Shown here piece after piece: positions 49,941-61,821 of a stretch of DNA of 64,000 nt. The translations under genes were made by a program, and so were the position numbers. The stretch comes from Chara braunii (Eukaryota; Plantae; Charophyceae): positions 3,849,747 through 3,913,746 of the forward strand of contig BFEA01000036.1 in NCBI GenBank assembly GCA_003427395.1, in the 5' to 3' direction. Position 1 is the first letter of the stretch, and each line of letters begins with the position of its first letter. The notes under the pieces are model-generated. The model searched no databases and was not told the origin of the DNA. It saw only the letters and a program-made list of their open reading frames with translations.

Positions 49941-52900
49941 TAAGTCGGTTTGAAAAACTACTGTTTGTATAGGCCTATATACTACCAAGAACTAGTAGAG
50001 CAGTCATTAGTCAACTTACAGTCCGTAGCCTGATCAATTCGTCACGTTCACATTATCACCCAAACGTCGAAGGTTTAAAACCGTACTGCCAAAACACTAA
50101 AAACAAAACAGTGAATTCTATAGACTGTCGATATCCAAAAAATGCAAAAAATGACAGATCACGGGATCAAACTTCGACGACCAGATTAACCAACTAAAAA
50201 CTCTAACTACGAAAGTCAAAAGTGAAGGAAAAAACAGAACGTTGCTGAAGGTACAGACCCCCTCGTCATATTTATGTTACTACCCAAGCGTCAACGTTCA
50301 TAATCTTACTCCCGAAACACCAAAACTGAACCGTAGATTGTAGAAACCACCGACATTCAAAAAACACCTTCTTGAAGATACAAACCTCTTAGTTTCATTC
50401 ATGTTATTGCCCAGACGTCGAGAGTTTGGAACCTTACCACCGAAACACGATAACCGAACCATGGATTCTAGAAACCGCCAATATATAAAAGAAGCAACTA
50501 ACAAGTCTCTAAGTCGAACTTCCAAAAGGGTTATTACCATAACCAACTAGGTTTCTAAATATAAAAAAACAAACAAAACAGAAACGAAAAACAGCAATCA
50601 AAACCTAGCCACACATCAAAAACTACCTGGTCAGCAAACATTCTGCAGAGATACACAGCCCGAACCCACAACACGGATGGTACAAAACAGACCCGCTAAT
50701 ACGAAGGTCTCAGAAAACGACCCCAATTCGTCAGCACCGGTAACCATTCCTTCCATCGACCTGTCAATTTTCTGAAATTTTTTATCACAACTTGATCAAA
50801 GAAGTCATTGGGATAACCCCTTTTCCATAGTTTGTGCTTCAAAGAGAAGAGAAAGGGAAAGACCATCCCATCAATGGATGAATAAGTTTTAGCTCGGTGA
50901 AAGAAAGAGGTGGCCACAACCATCTTCTGTTGACGGTTGGTAAAAGACACATAATCCTGGATGCTCTGAAACGCAAGCTTACCATTCACATCTTCCCTTT
51001 GATTTTTAGTGACTGGGAAGAACATTACACTTGTCTTCCCTTCGAAAACTTTGAGAATACAGTCGAGAAAATCTCAACAGCAACCATCGTTAGTCTTCTC
51101 TAGAACTAAATTGTTATTGTAACAGTGACTGAAGGACTCAATGAGTTGTAACCCCTTCGCGCAAGAATCCTTATCCTCTTTCCTACAAATCACTAAAAAA
51201 AGGACATCGTCGACTGATCTAATTCCGTGGAAAAGCTTCTAATCTCCATATAAACTGGACAAAAATACAAACTCATTGAAGACACATAACAAGCAAGCCA
51301 ACGCCGGACTGGATGACTTTCCAATTGGAATTTCAATTTCCGGACGCAGTAGCCGACCAGCCGCCTTAACGTAGTTATGACCAAGTTCGAAACAGATGAA
51401 GTCAACGATCAAAGTAAGTGGAATACACTTCCATCCTATTTCATTTTGCCCTCTTTGCAGTTTGACACCCCTGCCTTGCTTCTTAACCAAGACTCCTGTC
51501 ACACCACATTCCAGCCAGAAAAACACTACTCATTCTAACTCCTTCATGATCGAATTGTGCCGCAAATATGAAAACATCTCCTTGATATCGAAGGAGGTCC
51601 CCACAATCTCATCATTCTTTGTCAACCGCTTATTGACAGATTGGATAGCAGCCAACAAACCATCAGCAGATCGAAGATTCAAGTTCGAACCTTTCGGGAG
51701 AGACTATAATAAAGTATTAAGACAACGAGAAATCACCTTACCACCAACAGCAGAACACTTAGGATACAAGGGGCAAATCGACCTCCAACATGTGACATCC
51801 TTATGCTTAGGAATCCAGTAGGCTTCACCAAACTTACCCTGCTTCTTCGATGCACCAACCCGGAGTAACCCACGTTTGACATACTCATCCTTGCAGTTGC
51901 TCAACACAGCCTCGTCACTATCCTGACACAAAGTGAAAGATGGTTTCCCAAAGAAAAGTTTCTGCATACCATCTTCGTAAATCAACAGACAAGAGACAAA
52001 GATGTCATCAGAGTTATGATCTATTATACTACACACAAGACCGCTCAGAAGAGAACGAAAGGAGAAAACTTCATCTTCCCATACAAAGTTGGAGTGTGGG
52101 TCGTATATCCTCACGAGACAAAAGACCAGGATCTACAGTCAGTAAGGAGGGATGAGATTGAAAGGCTGGGAGCAGTTGCAAACGTAGATTACGTTGTCTG
52201 TTCGTGTGTTTCCTCGGAGCAGTTACAAACGTAGATTACAAAACGCACGATCCTTGGAAGGTCGTACAACGTTCTTGGAATTTTGCATGAACGGTGGAAA
52301 TAAAGAGTCAACGTCATTGATCCGAAAAGCGACATGACCGTTAGTACGGGGGAGGGAACCCTCCGAGGAAACACACGAACAGACAACGTAACCCAACCTC
52401 GAAAACTTTCAAAAATTGTGAACAAGGTCACCCACAAACAATTTTTTGCGGCACACTACTCCCATCATCGAGTCACATGCGGTGAATGAGCATCCCTTTC
52501 AATTGTTCCAACGCTGTGGAATGTTTAAGCTTGCAACAACATTCGCACACAACCTCCTGATCTTTGCTTTGCAGATATGATCATCATAAATAATTTTGAC
52601 ATCCAATCTCTTCCTAACTTGGATCCTAAATCTGGTCAGGATATGGTGAGATAGAAGGCATCGTGAACGAAATCGGGATCGCTTCTCACTAAATGTACGA
52701 ACAACTGTATAAGCAACAATCGAACCATCAAAACTCCAAAGCTTAAGGTCACAACGACTCACAGGATTGTTCAAAAAAATAGATAGCGGGGCTTTCAAAA
52801 ACAACGAACGACTCAAGAAGGACACGACAGGATCAAACAAAAGGGTAACACCACTCTTAATCCAACCAAGAGTATGGCGCAACTCTTTTTTACCAAATTC

Positions 52901-55440
52901 AGAACAAACCAAGCTACCTCCGAACAGCGTTCAAGGGATTTTTCAGCGGTCAACCAACCGACTGCCGCCAGCACATGTGACCACGACACAATGCTTAACC
53001 TGAGTGCAACAGTGTTGAAGGATTTTGATCAAACTGACAGCAGAGAGGCCCTCGGTGGAATGAAGCACACAAACAGACCCACCAACGTTGACCGAAATGC
53101 AAGGACCAATCACCTGGTTTCTGGCCACTCGCCGTTTCTCCCCAAGTCTTTCTCTCAACCCCTTCCTACATCTCCTTGTCCTCTTTGGCTTGTCCCGAGT
53201 ATTTAGAGTAGGCGATAACAACCGAATGAAGAATTTATCAGTCTCTAACACATCATCAGTGGAACATCAACAGATCGGTATGATGACGTCTGTATGAGTA
53301 CCGCATTGGTATAATTTTTTGTTTCGTAGTTCCCCCACGACAACTTTTGACTAACAAGATCTGAAGATCGATAGACGTGTTCCCTCCAACGTGAGTAAAG
53401 ATTCCGTTGAGTACTGCCTATACAAAGATGTCGAGACCATGACGAAGCCAAAGCATAAATCACAGACTCTTCCCACTCATCAACCCTTTCAACGTGAGAT
53501 TGTGAGAGACAATGAAAAAAGAAATCGCAAAGCTTCGCACCCCAGGATATTTCTCCACATACAATAAAACCACAGACAACCAGAGAAAAGAGAAGGTTGA
53601 CAGTCTTACATCGCAAGAAATCACGAGACAGAGATTAGCAATTCGCCACAGTAGTGTCGCGTCCGGGCGTGACCCTAAGAAGTAGCAGAGTCATGCCCGT
53701 CACTCGGTTCTGAATTGTTCTCACCATCGTCAGTCACTTTGACCACGGAATCGTCCTTACCTTTATCCTTGTCACGACTACCTTCTTCAAAAACCCTTCG
53801 TTGTTCGTCTTTATGCTACTTCCTCCTTTGTCGGATCCAAAGTAGTGTAATCAACACCCTCCTTGTCGCGGATTCCCATGATTTCATCATTTTTCAGAAG
53901 ACAAAGTTTCTTCCGTTCCTCACGAAGATGGGCATCGCGGACGTTAATCCGAGCAACCGGAGTAGCCATAGTGATACCCTTGTCCTTCCTTGCAAAGGTC
54001 CTGTTGCATCGTCCATCCTGGTTTTCAGAATGGCACCCCGGGTTTTTCTTCCAGTCTTCAAACGCGCCATGACCTCCATAAGACGATCAACCTCCTCCTC
54101 ATTCTGCTGTCAAGCATTGACTTCTCGTAGCCGCATGACCTTCAACAATTCCACTTCCTGTTGGTGTCGTTCGACTATCCATTTAATCTGCTGATTAACC
54201 ACACATGGAGAAACCGTCGTAGTGGCCTTGGCCTTGAGTCTTGCCTCAGTAGTGGGTGTACCACCAAATTGGCACCAATAGCCACGTTGCCTCGCTTGTT
54301 CCCCGGTCTCAAAGCCGTGCACCTCCATACCTCGACAGTGGCCTCCGCTTGTTCACACTGCCTCTGTAGCGCTAGAATGACATCTTCCAAAGAAGCGAGC
54401 CTCTTATCCATAGCTACCTTGACCTCGGCTTGCTCCCTTCGAAGTCGAGCAAGTTCTTCAGCCTCACTGAGATGCCTGCTGACTGTGGCGGAAGTGCTGG
54501 TATCGTCACGACTTTTCAATCGCTCCACCCCAGCACGCAGCTTTGAGACCTCGTTGTTCTCGCTAGACTTCTGCTTGCCCTTTAGATCGCGTTGCAAGTT
54601 GCAACTCCTCGATCTGCAGTTTTAAGTGACTGATAACGCCATGGTCCCCAGTCTTCCTTCCATTAACAGCCTCGCACACCTTGTCCAGTTTGGTCGACAT
54701 TTCCCTGTGCATTTGTGATTGAAACTCTCACGTTGTTTTTATCCTTCTCTCTTCGTTCTTCTTCTTCCCATTCCCTCTGTTTACGCTCATCTTCTTCTCG
54801 TTGTGCCCGCTCCCTTGCTTCCTCCGCCTCATGCTTACTATTAATCTTGCCGACGATCTCTTCTAAGGTGGAGACCCTCCTACCCAGTTGAGATCCGCTA
54901 CCAGTGCCGTTGTACTGATTAGGGTATTACGGAACTATCGTACCCACACCAGCAGCAGGGACAGTGAGAAGAGGTGTGGCAGGCACAGTCGCATTGCTAG
55001 CAGATGGTTGTACGTCGTTTAACCTACGATCCGGTAGAGGACAGTATCTAGAGATATTACCGGGTTGTCCGCAGTTATAACAAGATCGAACACAGGCACG
55101 TTCGGGTTACCGTTGGACGCCATCGTTCAAATAGTCGAAGCCACACAGCCGTAGTATCACCTCTACGTCGGTTACACCGCGTGATAAAGTAAGTTAGCTT
55201 AAAAGCTTTAAACACCGATGAAAATCACAACGTTCTCCTCCGATATGCACATTGCTCAAATATCAAGGAGACAACAAGTCACACCATGCAGGTAGAGAAA
55301 GGGAAGGGGGACAAGGAGGGGAGGAAGAAGAAGAAGAAGAAGAAGAGAAGAAAGAAGAAAAAACAGTGTTCCAAACGCGACTTCATTCGAAAGTAAAAAC
55401 ATGAACATCAAGCGGAAACCGAACTTCCCGCAGGCGTTGT

Positions 55441-55487
55441 AGCCCTACCCGTTTCACCTGGCACGCCAACCAGGATCATCAGGGGCC
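55441..55487 (-). ncRNA. Minimal type I hammerhead ribozyme motif, 5' repeat copy
   Basis: GGCCC-CUGAUGA-U-CCUGG-UUGGCGUG-CCAGG-U-GAAA-C-GG-GUA-GGGCU. Core intact; stems I and II pair. Confidence 0.85.
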
Positions 55488-56511
55488 TAAGTGCGTTTGC
55501 AAGACTACTGTTTGTATAGGCCTATATACTACCAAGAACAGTAAGAACTAGTAGAGCAGTCACTAGTCAACGCACAGTCCGTCATGTTCACATTATCACC
55601 CAAACGTCGAAGGTTCAAAACCTCACTGCCAAAACACTAAAAACAAAACAGTGAATTCTAGAAACCACCGATATCCAAAAAAAGCAAAAAATGACAGATC
55701 ACGGGATCGAACTTCGACGCCTAGAGCAACCAACTAAAAACTCTAAGTACGAAAGTCAAAAGGAAACGAAAAAACAGGGACGTTCCTGAAGGTACGGACC
55801 CCCTCGTCAATGAGTTGTCATATTCATGTTACTACCCAAGCGTCAACGTTCGAAACCTTACTGCCAAAACACCAAAACCGAACCGTAGATTGTAGAAACC
55901 ACCGACGTTCAAAAAGCACGTTCTTGAAGATACAGACCTCTTCGTCCCATTCATGTTATTGCCCAGACGTTGAGAGTTCGAAACCTTATCACTGAAACAC
56001 TAGAACCGAACCATGGATTCTAGAAACCACCGATATATAAAAGTAACAGCTGGCAAGTCTCCAAATCGAACTTCGAAAAGGGTTATTACCATAACCAACT
56101 AGGCTTCTAAATACAAGAAAACAAACAAAACAGAAACGAAAAACAGCAATCAAAACCTCTCAACACATCAAAAACTACCTGACCAGCAAACACTCTGCAG
56201 AGATACAGAGCCTGAACCCACAACACGGACTGTACAAAACAGACCCCCTAATACGAGGGGGCTTTCCATCAAATTCCATGTTCTAGCGAAAGAGTCACGC
56301 TGGAGTGGTCAGACGAATGGATTTTACACAGCTCCGCTCCCCCGAACACGTGCTTCACATCAGGATTGGGCTATGTGGCCCTGGTTTGCAGAGGAGCGTT
56401 ATGGATGCCATCTGGTCAGCAAGAAACGCCAAAGTCTTCTGCAGTTCGGACACAGTGTTCCACACGCAAATCCAACTGATCCGTCAGCTATTCGCACAGA
56501 CTGGGAAAAAT

Positions 56512-57030
56512 GGGATAATTGGTATAAAGAGCCCACGCCAAAACCTTTTCGGTTTTGGCCGCCCAAAGTACGGCCGCTTGGTACTACCGGCCCAAACAAC
56601 TTTCCCCTGGGTCAGAGGCGCCTTCGCGCCGTGGCCACATCTCCCTGGGCCTGTTTTTACCGGTTCAAGAATTTTGCGCTGTTTCTGCGCCAGATTCATG
56701 AACCTGTAGGGCCCTTCTTTTTCAAAATCGCGTACGTGGGCCTCATTCTATACTTCAGCGTCACCACCGCCAGCCTCTTTTACATGAAAATGAATCTGGC
56801 GCTGTTATGCGCCAGATTCATGCTCCGGTAGGGCCCTTGGAGTGACGCGTGGGGTAGTACAGCGCCAGATTCATGTTCCGGAAGGGCCCTTGGAGTGACG
56901 CGTGGGCCTGTAGTACCCCACATGCAAGTCATTGGGCCGGTAGTACCAAACGGCTAAACTTTGGGCGGCCAAAACCGAAAAGGTTTTGGCGTGGGCGTTT
57001 CGTGGGCGCCTTCTACCTGCCGATTATCCC
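56512..57030. mobile_element. Mutator-type non-autonomous element
   Basis: GGGATAAT...ATTATCCC, with ~60-bp inner inverted arms (56534-56593/56932-56993), a perfect 9-bp TSD GGGAAAAAT, and internal GCGCCAGATTCATG repeats. Confidence 0.9.
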
Positions 57031-57744
57031 GGGAAAAATGCCGCTGGTCTAAGGGCAAGGGTCGTACTTGGTTTCTCAGAACTTGGACACTAGGGAACGG
57101 AATGGCCAAGGTGACATCAGAAGGTAAATTAAATTTTGGTCCTTGGCTTCAGGAAGGGGTGGCTGGCAGATTGAAGGACACCGGTTACACGACAGCCCGC
57201 CAGGGTTTTAGGAGTCCTCGTCCAGACACTTTAAGTTCCCGTCTTCCGGATCTGTTAACCAGGCATCAAAGTTCTTTACAGAATTTCAGAGAATGTATGA
57301 GCTAGAGGGTCTCGCTCCACCACTGTCCGCTATACAGAATTTCGGAGAGTTCGTGTATTATACACTGTCAGAGTACCAAAAAACGGAGATTTCGTGTATA
57401 GTCTGCTCCGTCGCTTCACTTACTATCCGCTATACAGCTCTCCAATTCCAGAGTTCACTACAAAACACCCTAAGAGCACTACAAGACAGCAGTTTGTCGG
57501 CCCAGACTCCAGGCGGACTATCCGATTTCGTGTTCGAACGGTGGCCTCCTTCGACCACCCTTCGCAGAGTATCCGAGTAACGACTTTTGCAGGCTGGGAA
57601 CTATACACAAATGTAGAGTGCGATCCAGTGGAGGGAGACCCAGACTCTACTAGTTTAGCTCGTCTTTACTTTGTGCTTCAAGTTTATTTTTTGAAAGCGT
57701 AGCAGCACGGAGCGCTGGACCCGGTTTTGATTTGTTTTATTTTA

Positions 57745-57928
57745 GAGAAAACAACGGCGCAGTCAGGGATTGAGTTTGTAATTGCACTTGAGGCAAAAAG
57801 GCCGGTAATGCTGAATGCATGTGACCTACGTTTCGGGTCCGGTGGGGTCGTGTGGGGGTGTGTTGTATTCGCGGAATTGCCTGAAGTGCAATTACAAACT
57901 GTTTTCGTGACTGCGCCGAAGTTACCCC
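57745..57928. mobile_element. Mutator-type MITE related to 44893-45084
   Basis: ~50-bp imperfect TIRs and a perfect 9-bp TSD TTTATTTTA. Confidence 0.85.
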
Positions 57929-58585
57929 TTTATTTTAATCAGTCGGTTTGGTCATCGAGCTAGGCTCGTAAGCGAAACTGGCTGAGGCTGCCAGCAGGAT
58001 AACTCCGGGTTGAATTGTGAGGTCCCCGGCCTCGTTCAACCGTGTTGTTTCTGTAATAAAATGTCCCGTCTTTGCAAAAAAGAGAAAAAAGAAAAAGAAA
58101 GAGTCACGCACGTGCTGCTCCCCACGAATAGATTGGAGCAATATTAAAAAAAAAAAAAAAAAAAGTCATTCTCAAATTGGCACATTGGTTCGGTAGTGGA
58201 GCGAGGCCCCAAGGGGTAATATCCAAAGATGACGAATATCGACAGCCAGTATGGAAGTGTGACTTCGGCCTGGGCCCTGGAAGGGACAACAAGGCGTCCT
58301 TTGAAGTGGGTATCTGGATGGGAGGGATACCCACCCAGTAGCTATCGACCAGCGAAGTGACTCTCCGTAATTTTTTTTATTTTTTTTATTTTTTTCAGGC
58401 GGGTTACCAAAATTATTGAATGAATGTTAATAATTGTAATCACTCAAAAAAAAAAAAAAAAAAAAAAAGCAGCGCACACGTGTCTGCCACGTGCCATCGT
58501 GTACTCGGTAGCCATGGCAACACCGCAGAGCAATCTTCAGGGGAGGTCCACGAGGAGGCACGCAGCTTTGCCAAACGAACATCAG

Positions 58586-58945
58586 TCCTCCTCCTCCTCC
58601 TCCTCCTCCTCCTCCTCCTCCTCCTCCTGCCCCACTCCTCCTCCTTGTCCTGCCCCGGTTGCTGCATCTACTTACTCCTCTTCTTTAGCGTCACCGCCAT
58701 CGCCGTTTCTATCCCCGTCCTCTCCTTCGTGATGATCTTTAATTCCTCCTCTTCTCTGGCCTCCTCCGTCTCCAACCCCGTCGACGACCTCTGATTGCCC
58801 CCAGCTATACCATCTACACCATCGCCACCCAAGTTTTCTTCTTCTTCTTCTTCTTCTTCTTCTTCTTCTTCTTCGTTTCTTCTTCTTCTTCTTCTTCTTC
58901 TTCTTCTTCTTCTTCTTCTTCTTCTTCTTCTTCTTCTTCTTCTTC
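58586..58945. repeat. (CCT)n and long (CTT)n microsatellites
   Basis: Directly visible at 58586-58628 and 58837-58945. Confidence 0.95.
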
Positions 58946-59227
58946 GTCGTCTACTTCTTCGTCTACTTCTTCTTGCTCCTTGTGCGTTTTCTCTTTTTTT
59001 CTCTGTTTTCTCAAAATTTTCTCTGTTTTATTGCCTCGTTTGGCAGTTGCTCTTTCCGCGCAGACCATTGAGCACCCAGACTCGCATCAGCCGGATACCG
59101 TCGAGTCTGGTCAGAGGCCAAGGCACAGCTCTCCCCGTGGGCCGCGAAAAATGATAGGCTACGCTCCGCAAGGGATTGTAAATTGCATCTCCTGCCCGGC
59201 TTGTCATCACGTTGAGCCGAGGTGACC

Positions 59228-59261
<34 letters not shown>

Positions 59262-59520
59262 TTTCCTCTTGTTTTTAAGGAGAGGTGGTATCGAGCCCCC
59301 TGACACAAAAATAAAAGCGAACGCAACTGAATACCACCGACCAGTTGTTTTCACCAACGAGGACAGCTCAAAGCTTCTAAAATCCCGACGCTGTCCCGAC
59401 GCAGTCGCAATGAACTCTGACGCTTAGCCGCGGGGAAGATGCAACAGAACGCTCATCATTGGTTTACCTGACATCATCAAGAGACTCAACTCTTCTGACA
59501 CGACCGCTCGAACAACCAAC

Positions 59521-59604
<84 letters not shown>

Positions 59605-60253
59605 CGGAGGCATAACAGTCATTAGGTGGGAGCGGATTGCGCTGACAAGTAATTACGCATTCGTACCCGTGCAGACAATGGCACGTTTAATCGTACCTGC
59701 CAGCTGGCGACCGCTGGCGAGGATCCCGATTCCCGATGCTCAACGGGACGGCCACTACGGGTAATAAAGGGATGGAGGGGAAAGGAAAAAAAGAAGAAGA
59801 AGGCCAAGGGCAATATACACGGAGGAAGGCGTGCGCGAATTTATTATAGGCGCGACAGCGAGGGACCAGACCTCGTAGAGGGCCCTATACGTGAACCAAT
59901 CGTTTTTTCCCCTTTTTATTTAATAGTTGTGCCTTCCCGCCTGCATGGCTGTACGCAATTAAAAAAAATAAAAACGAGCGGAAAAAAAAATCAACAGTCA
60001 GTCGCCCTCTGCAGCAACGGGGAGCATCCATCGACAAAAAAAAAAGAAAAAGCTTCAAATTTTATTAAAAAACAAAAACAAAAAAAACACGCTCACTGAA
60101 GGTCGTGACTCGTGACACTAAGATCGGGGAACACTTGACCGAATCTAACGCTCGTTTTCTTTTTTCTTTTCTTTTTTTTTTTTCTTTTTTTTTAATTCTA
60201 TTACTCAGCACACGTTGCTTATTATGCAAACGAGCTACCCTTCCCCCCCCCCN

Positions 60254-60338
<85 letters not shown>

Positions 60339-60991
60339 CTGTGTGTGCCCGTCTGCTCCCCTCGCGTGCACACAACCACAGAGAGAGAAATACCACAATT
60401 ACATCGGTGTTTTCTCTCCCCCCCAAAAAAAGACGTTCTTGCTTATAAAATAAAGGCAACGAGAGCAAGCAACGACATCGGGGGTTTTCTCCCCCCCCCA
60501 AAAAAAAAAGACAAGAAAAACTCTATTTGGGGTCGTAGCAGCCGATGGCTCCGATCTATTCCTGTTTTTAAGCTAAAAAAAAAAAAAAAACAAGACATCG
60601 TGATGGAAAGCGACGATGTGCATTGAAATTTGCAACGATGTGTATGAAAGAGGAGTTGGAAAAAAAAAAGAAGAAGACAATGGCTCCGGTCTATTGGACA
60701 ATCACACCGAGTCCCGCGCTCCGTTGATAGCACACTCACACCTAAACGTTTCCGACTCAGTTCTGCTGGACGTTCTTCCAGTCAGATGCATCCAGCTGTG
60801 GCCGTAATTGCGGTCAGATACGTTTAGGAAAGTGCTACCTAGTTTGGGGCTGGCTTGATAACTCAGAACTTTTTTACTTTTTTTTTTTTTTAACCGATAA
60901 CTCAGAACTTGGTTGTGTTCGCACTGTTACTAAAACTTAAAAAAAAAAAAAAAAAAAACAACTACTCATGGCTCTCAGAGGAGACCTCTTT

Positions 60992-61180
60992 ACCCACGGG
61001 GGGAATGCCACACTAACATAGAGGATTGGACTGAGCGCCTGAACCTGGACGTGATGGAGGGCATGTGCAGAAAAAAGTGATTAATCTGCTCTTCTGCATC
61101 TCTGCTTAAAACGCATCCAGATTCAGGTGCTTAATCCAAATTGAATCCTCTTTGCCAGTGGAACCTGTTCAACCCCGAGG
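60992..61180. mobile_element. Hairpin MITE, AGAGGATTGGATTGAGCGCCTGAATCTGGA family
   Basis: Inverted arms at 61020-61050 and 61117-61152. Further single arms at 49365-49420, 63355-63411 and 63937-63992. No TSD was seen. Confidence 0.6.
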
Positions 61181-61644
61181 CGCCAGAAACGAGGGAGAAC
61201 TGCTCTCTGGGAAGCTAGACTAATTAGGCATCGACAGAGCGACTAAGGGCATACTCAGACTAGTACTTCTTGAACTGATCTTTGTCCGTAATTGCGGTCA
61301 GGTTCATATGTGTCTGGCCGTGGAAGCGGTCAGATACATTCAGGAAAGTCAGTCGTCTGAGCTGCTCTCCTCTCTGTATCAGAGTAATTCTAACAATTTG
61401 AAGAAGAGTCAGTCGAATGGGTTCTCGATTCTATTTCAGAGTGGAAACACAAGTTTAGTCCAGCGATTGCTCTGTGGTTTTGAACTGATCTTTGGGCCTA
61501 ATTGCGGTCAGGTTCATCTGGGTCTGGCCGTAGAAGCGGTCAGATACATTTAGGAATGTTTTCCTGTAAGTATCCCTTTACGAAGAGCTGCTCTCCTCTG
61601 TGAATCAAGGGACCACTGTCCCGAACAGAACACGTACGAGTGGG

Positions 61645-61676
<32 letters not shown>

Positions 61677-61686
61677 GTTCGTGTGA

Positions 61687-61821
61687 GTCCGTTGGGACGT
61701 CCGTTAGAATTGGAACGATACAGAGAACGATAAGATAATACCTCAAGGCCATCGCCCTTGAAAAAAAATAATAATAATAAAAAAAGAATACCATGGCCCC
61801 TGCGCAAGGGTGACACGCACA
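61687..61821 (+). pseudogene. U6: U6 snRNA-derived copy D, interrupted by a ~50-bp A-tailed insertion
   Basis: GTCCGTTGGGACGTCCGTTAGAATTGGAACGATACAGAGAACGATAAGATAATACC, then the insert, then AAGAATACCATGGCCCCTGCGCAAGGGTGACACGCACA. Confidence 0.88.

Larger units (their letters stand above)
49634..56256 (-). mobile_element. Near-complete decayed Penelope-like element (N-terminal GIY-YIG) with ~1.07-kb terminal direct repeats
   Basis: Repeats at 49634-50704 and 55187-56256. ORF1 (55123 to ~53700) has knuckle CYNCGQPGNISRYC, a coiled coil and a SAP-like end. ORF2 has VIYAL..LCIGSTQRNLYSRWREH (~53465-53375), then RT motifs YWIPKHKD..WRSI, FDIKEMF, IPIGKSSSPALACL, GIRSVDD, ending RFLRPSY* at 50696. 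Many frameshifts. Confidence 0.92.
56257..58102 (+). mobile_element. 3' end of a decayed L1-type LINE with two MITE insertions
   Basis: ORF2 C-terminal motif AIWSARNAKVF (56407-56439). The reading IRTDWEK|CRWSKGKGRTWFLRTW rejoins across the MITE. Tail motif at 58004-58034, AATAAA at ~58055 and A-rich tail 58076-58102. Confidence 0.75.

Noticed and set aside
57755-57918. miRNA-like hairpin
   Set aside because: Explained as the TIRs of a Mutator-type MITE with a perfect 9-bp TSD.
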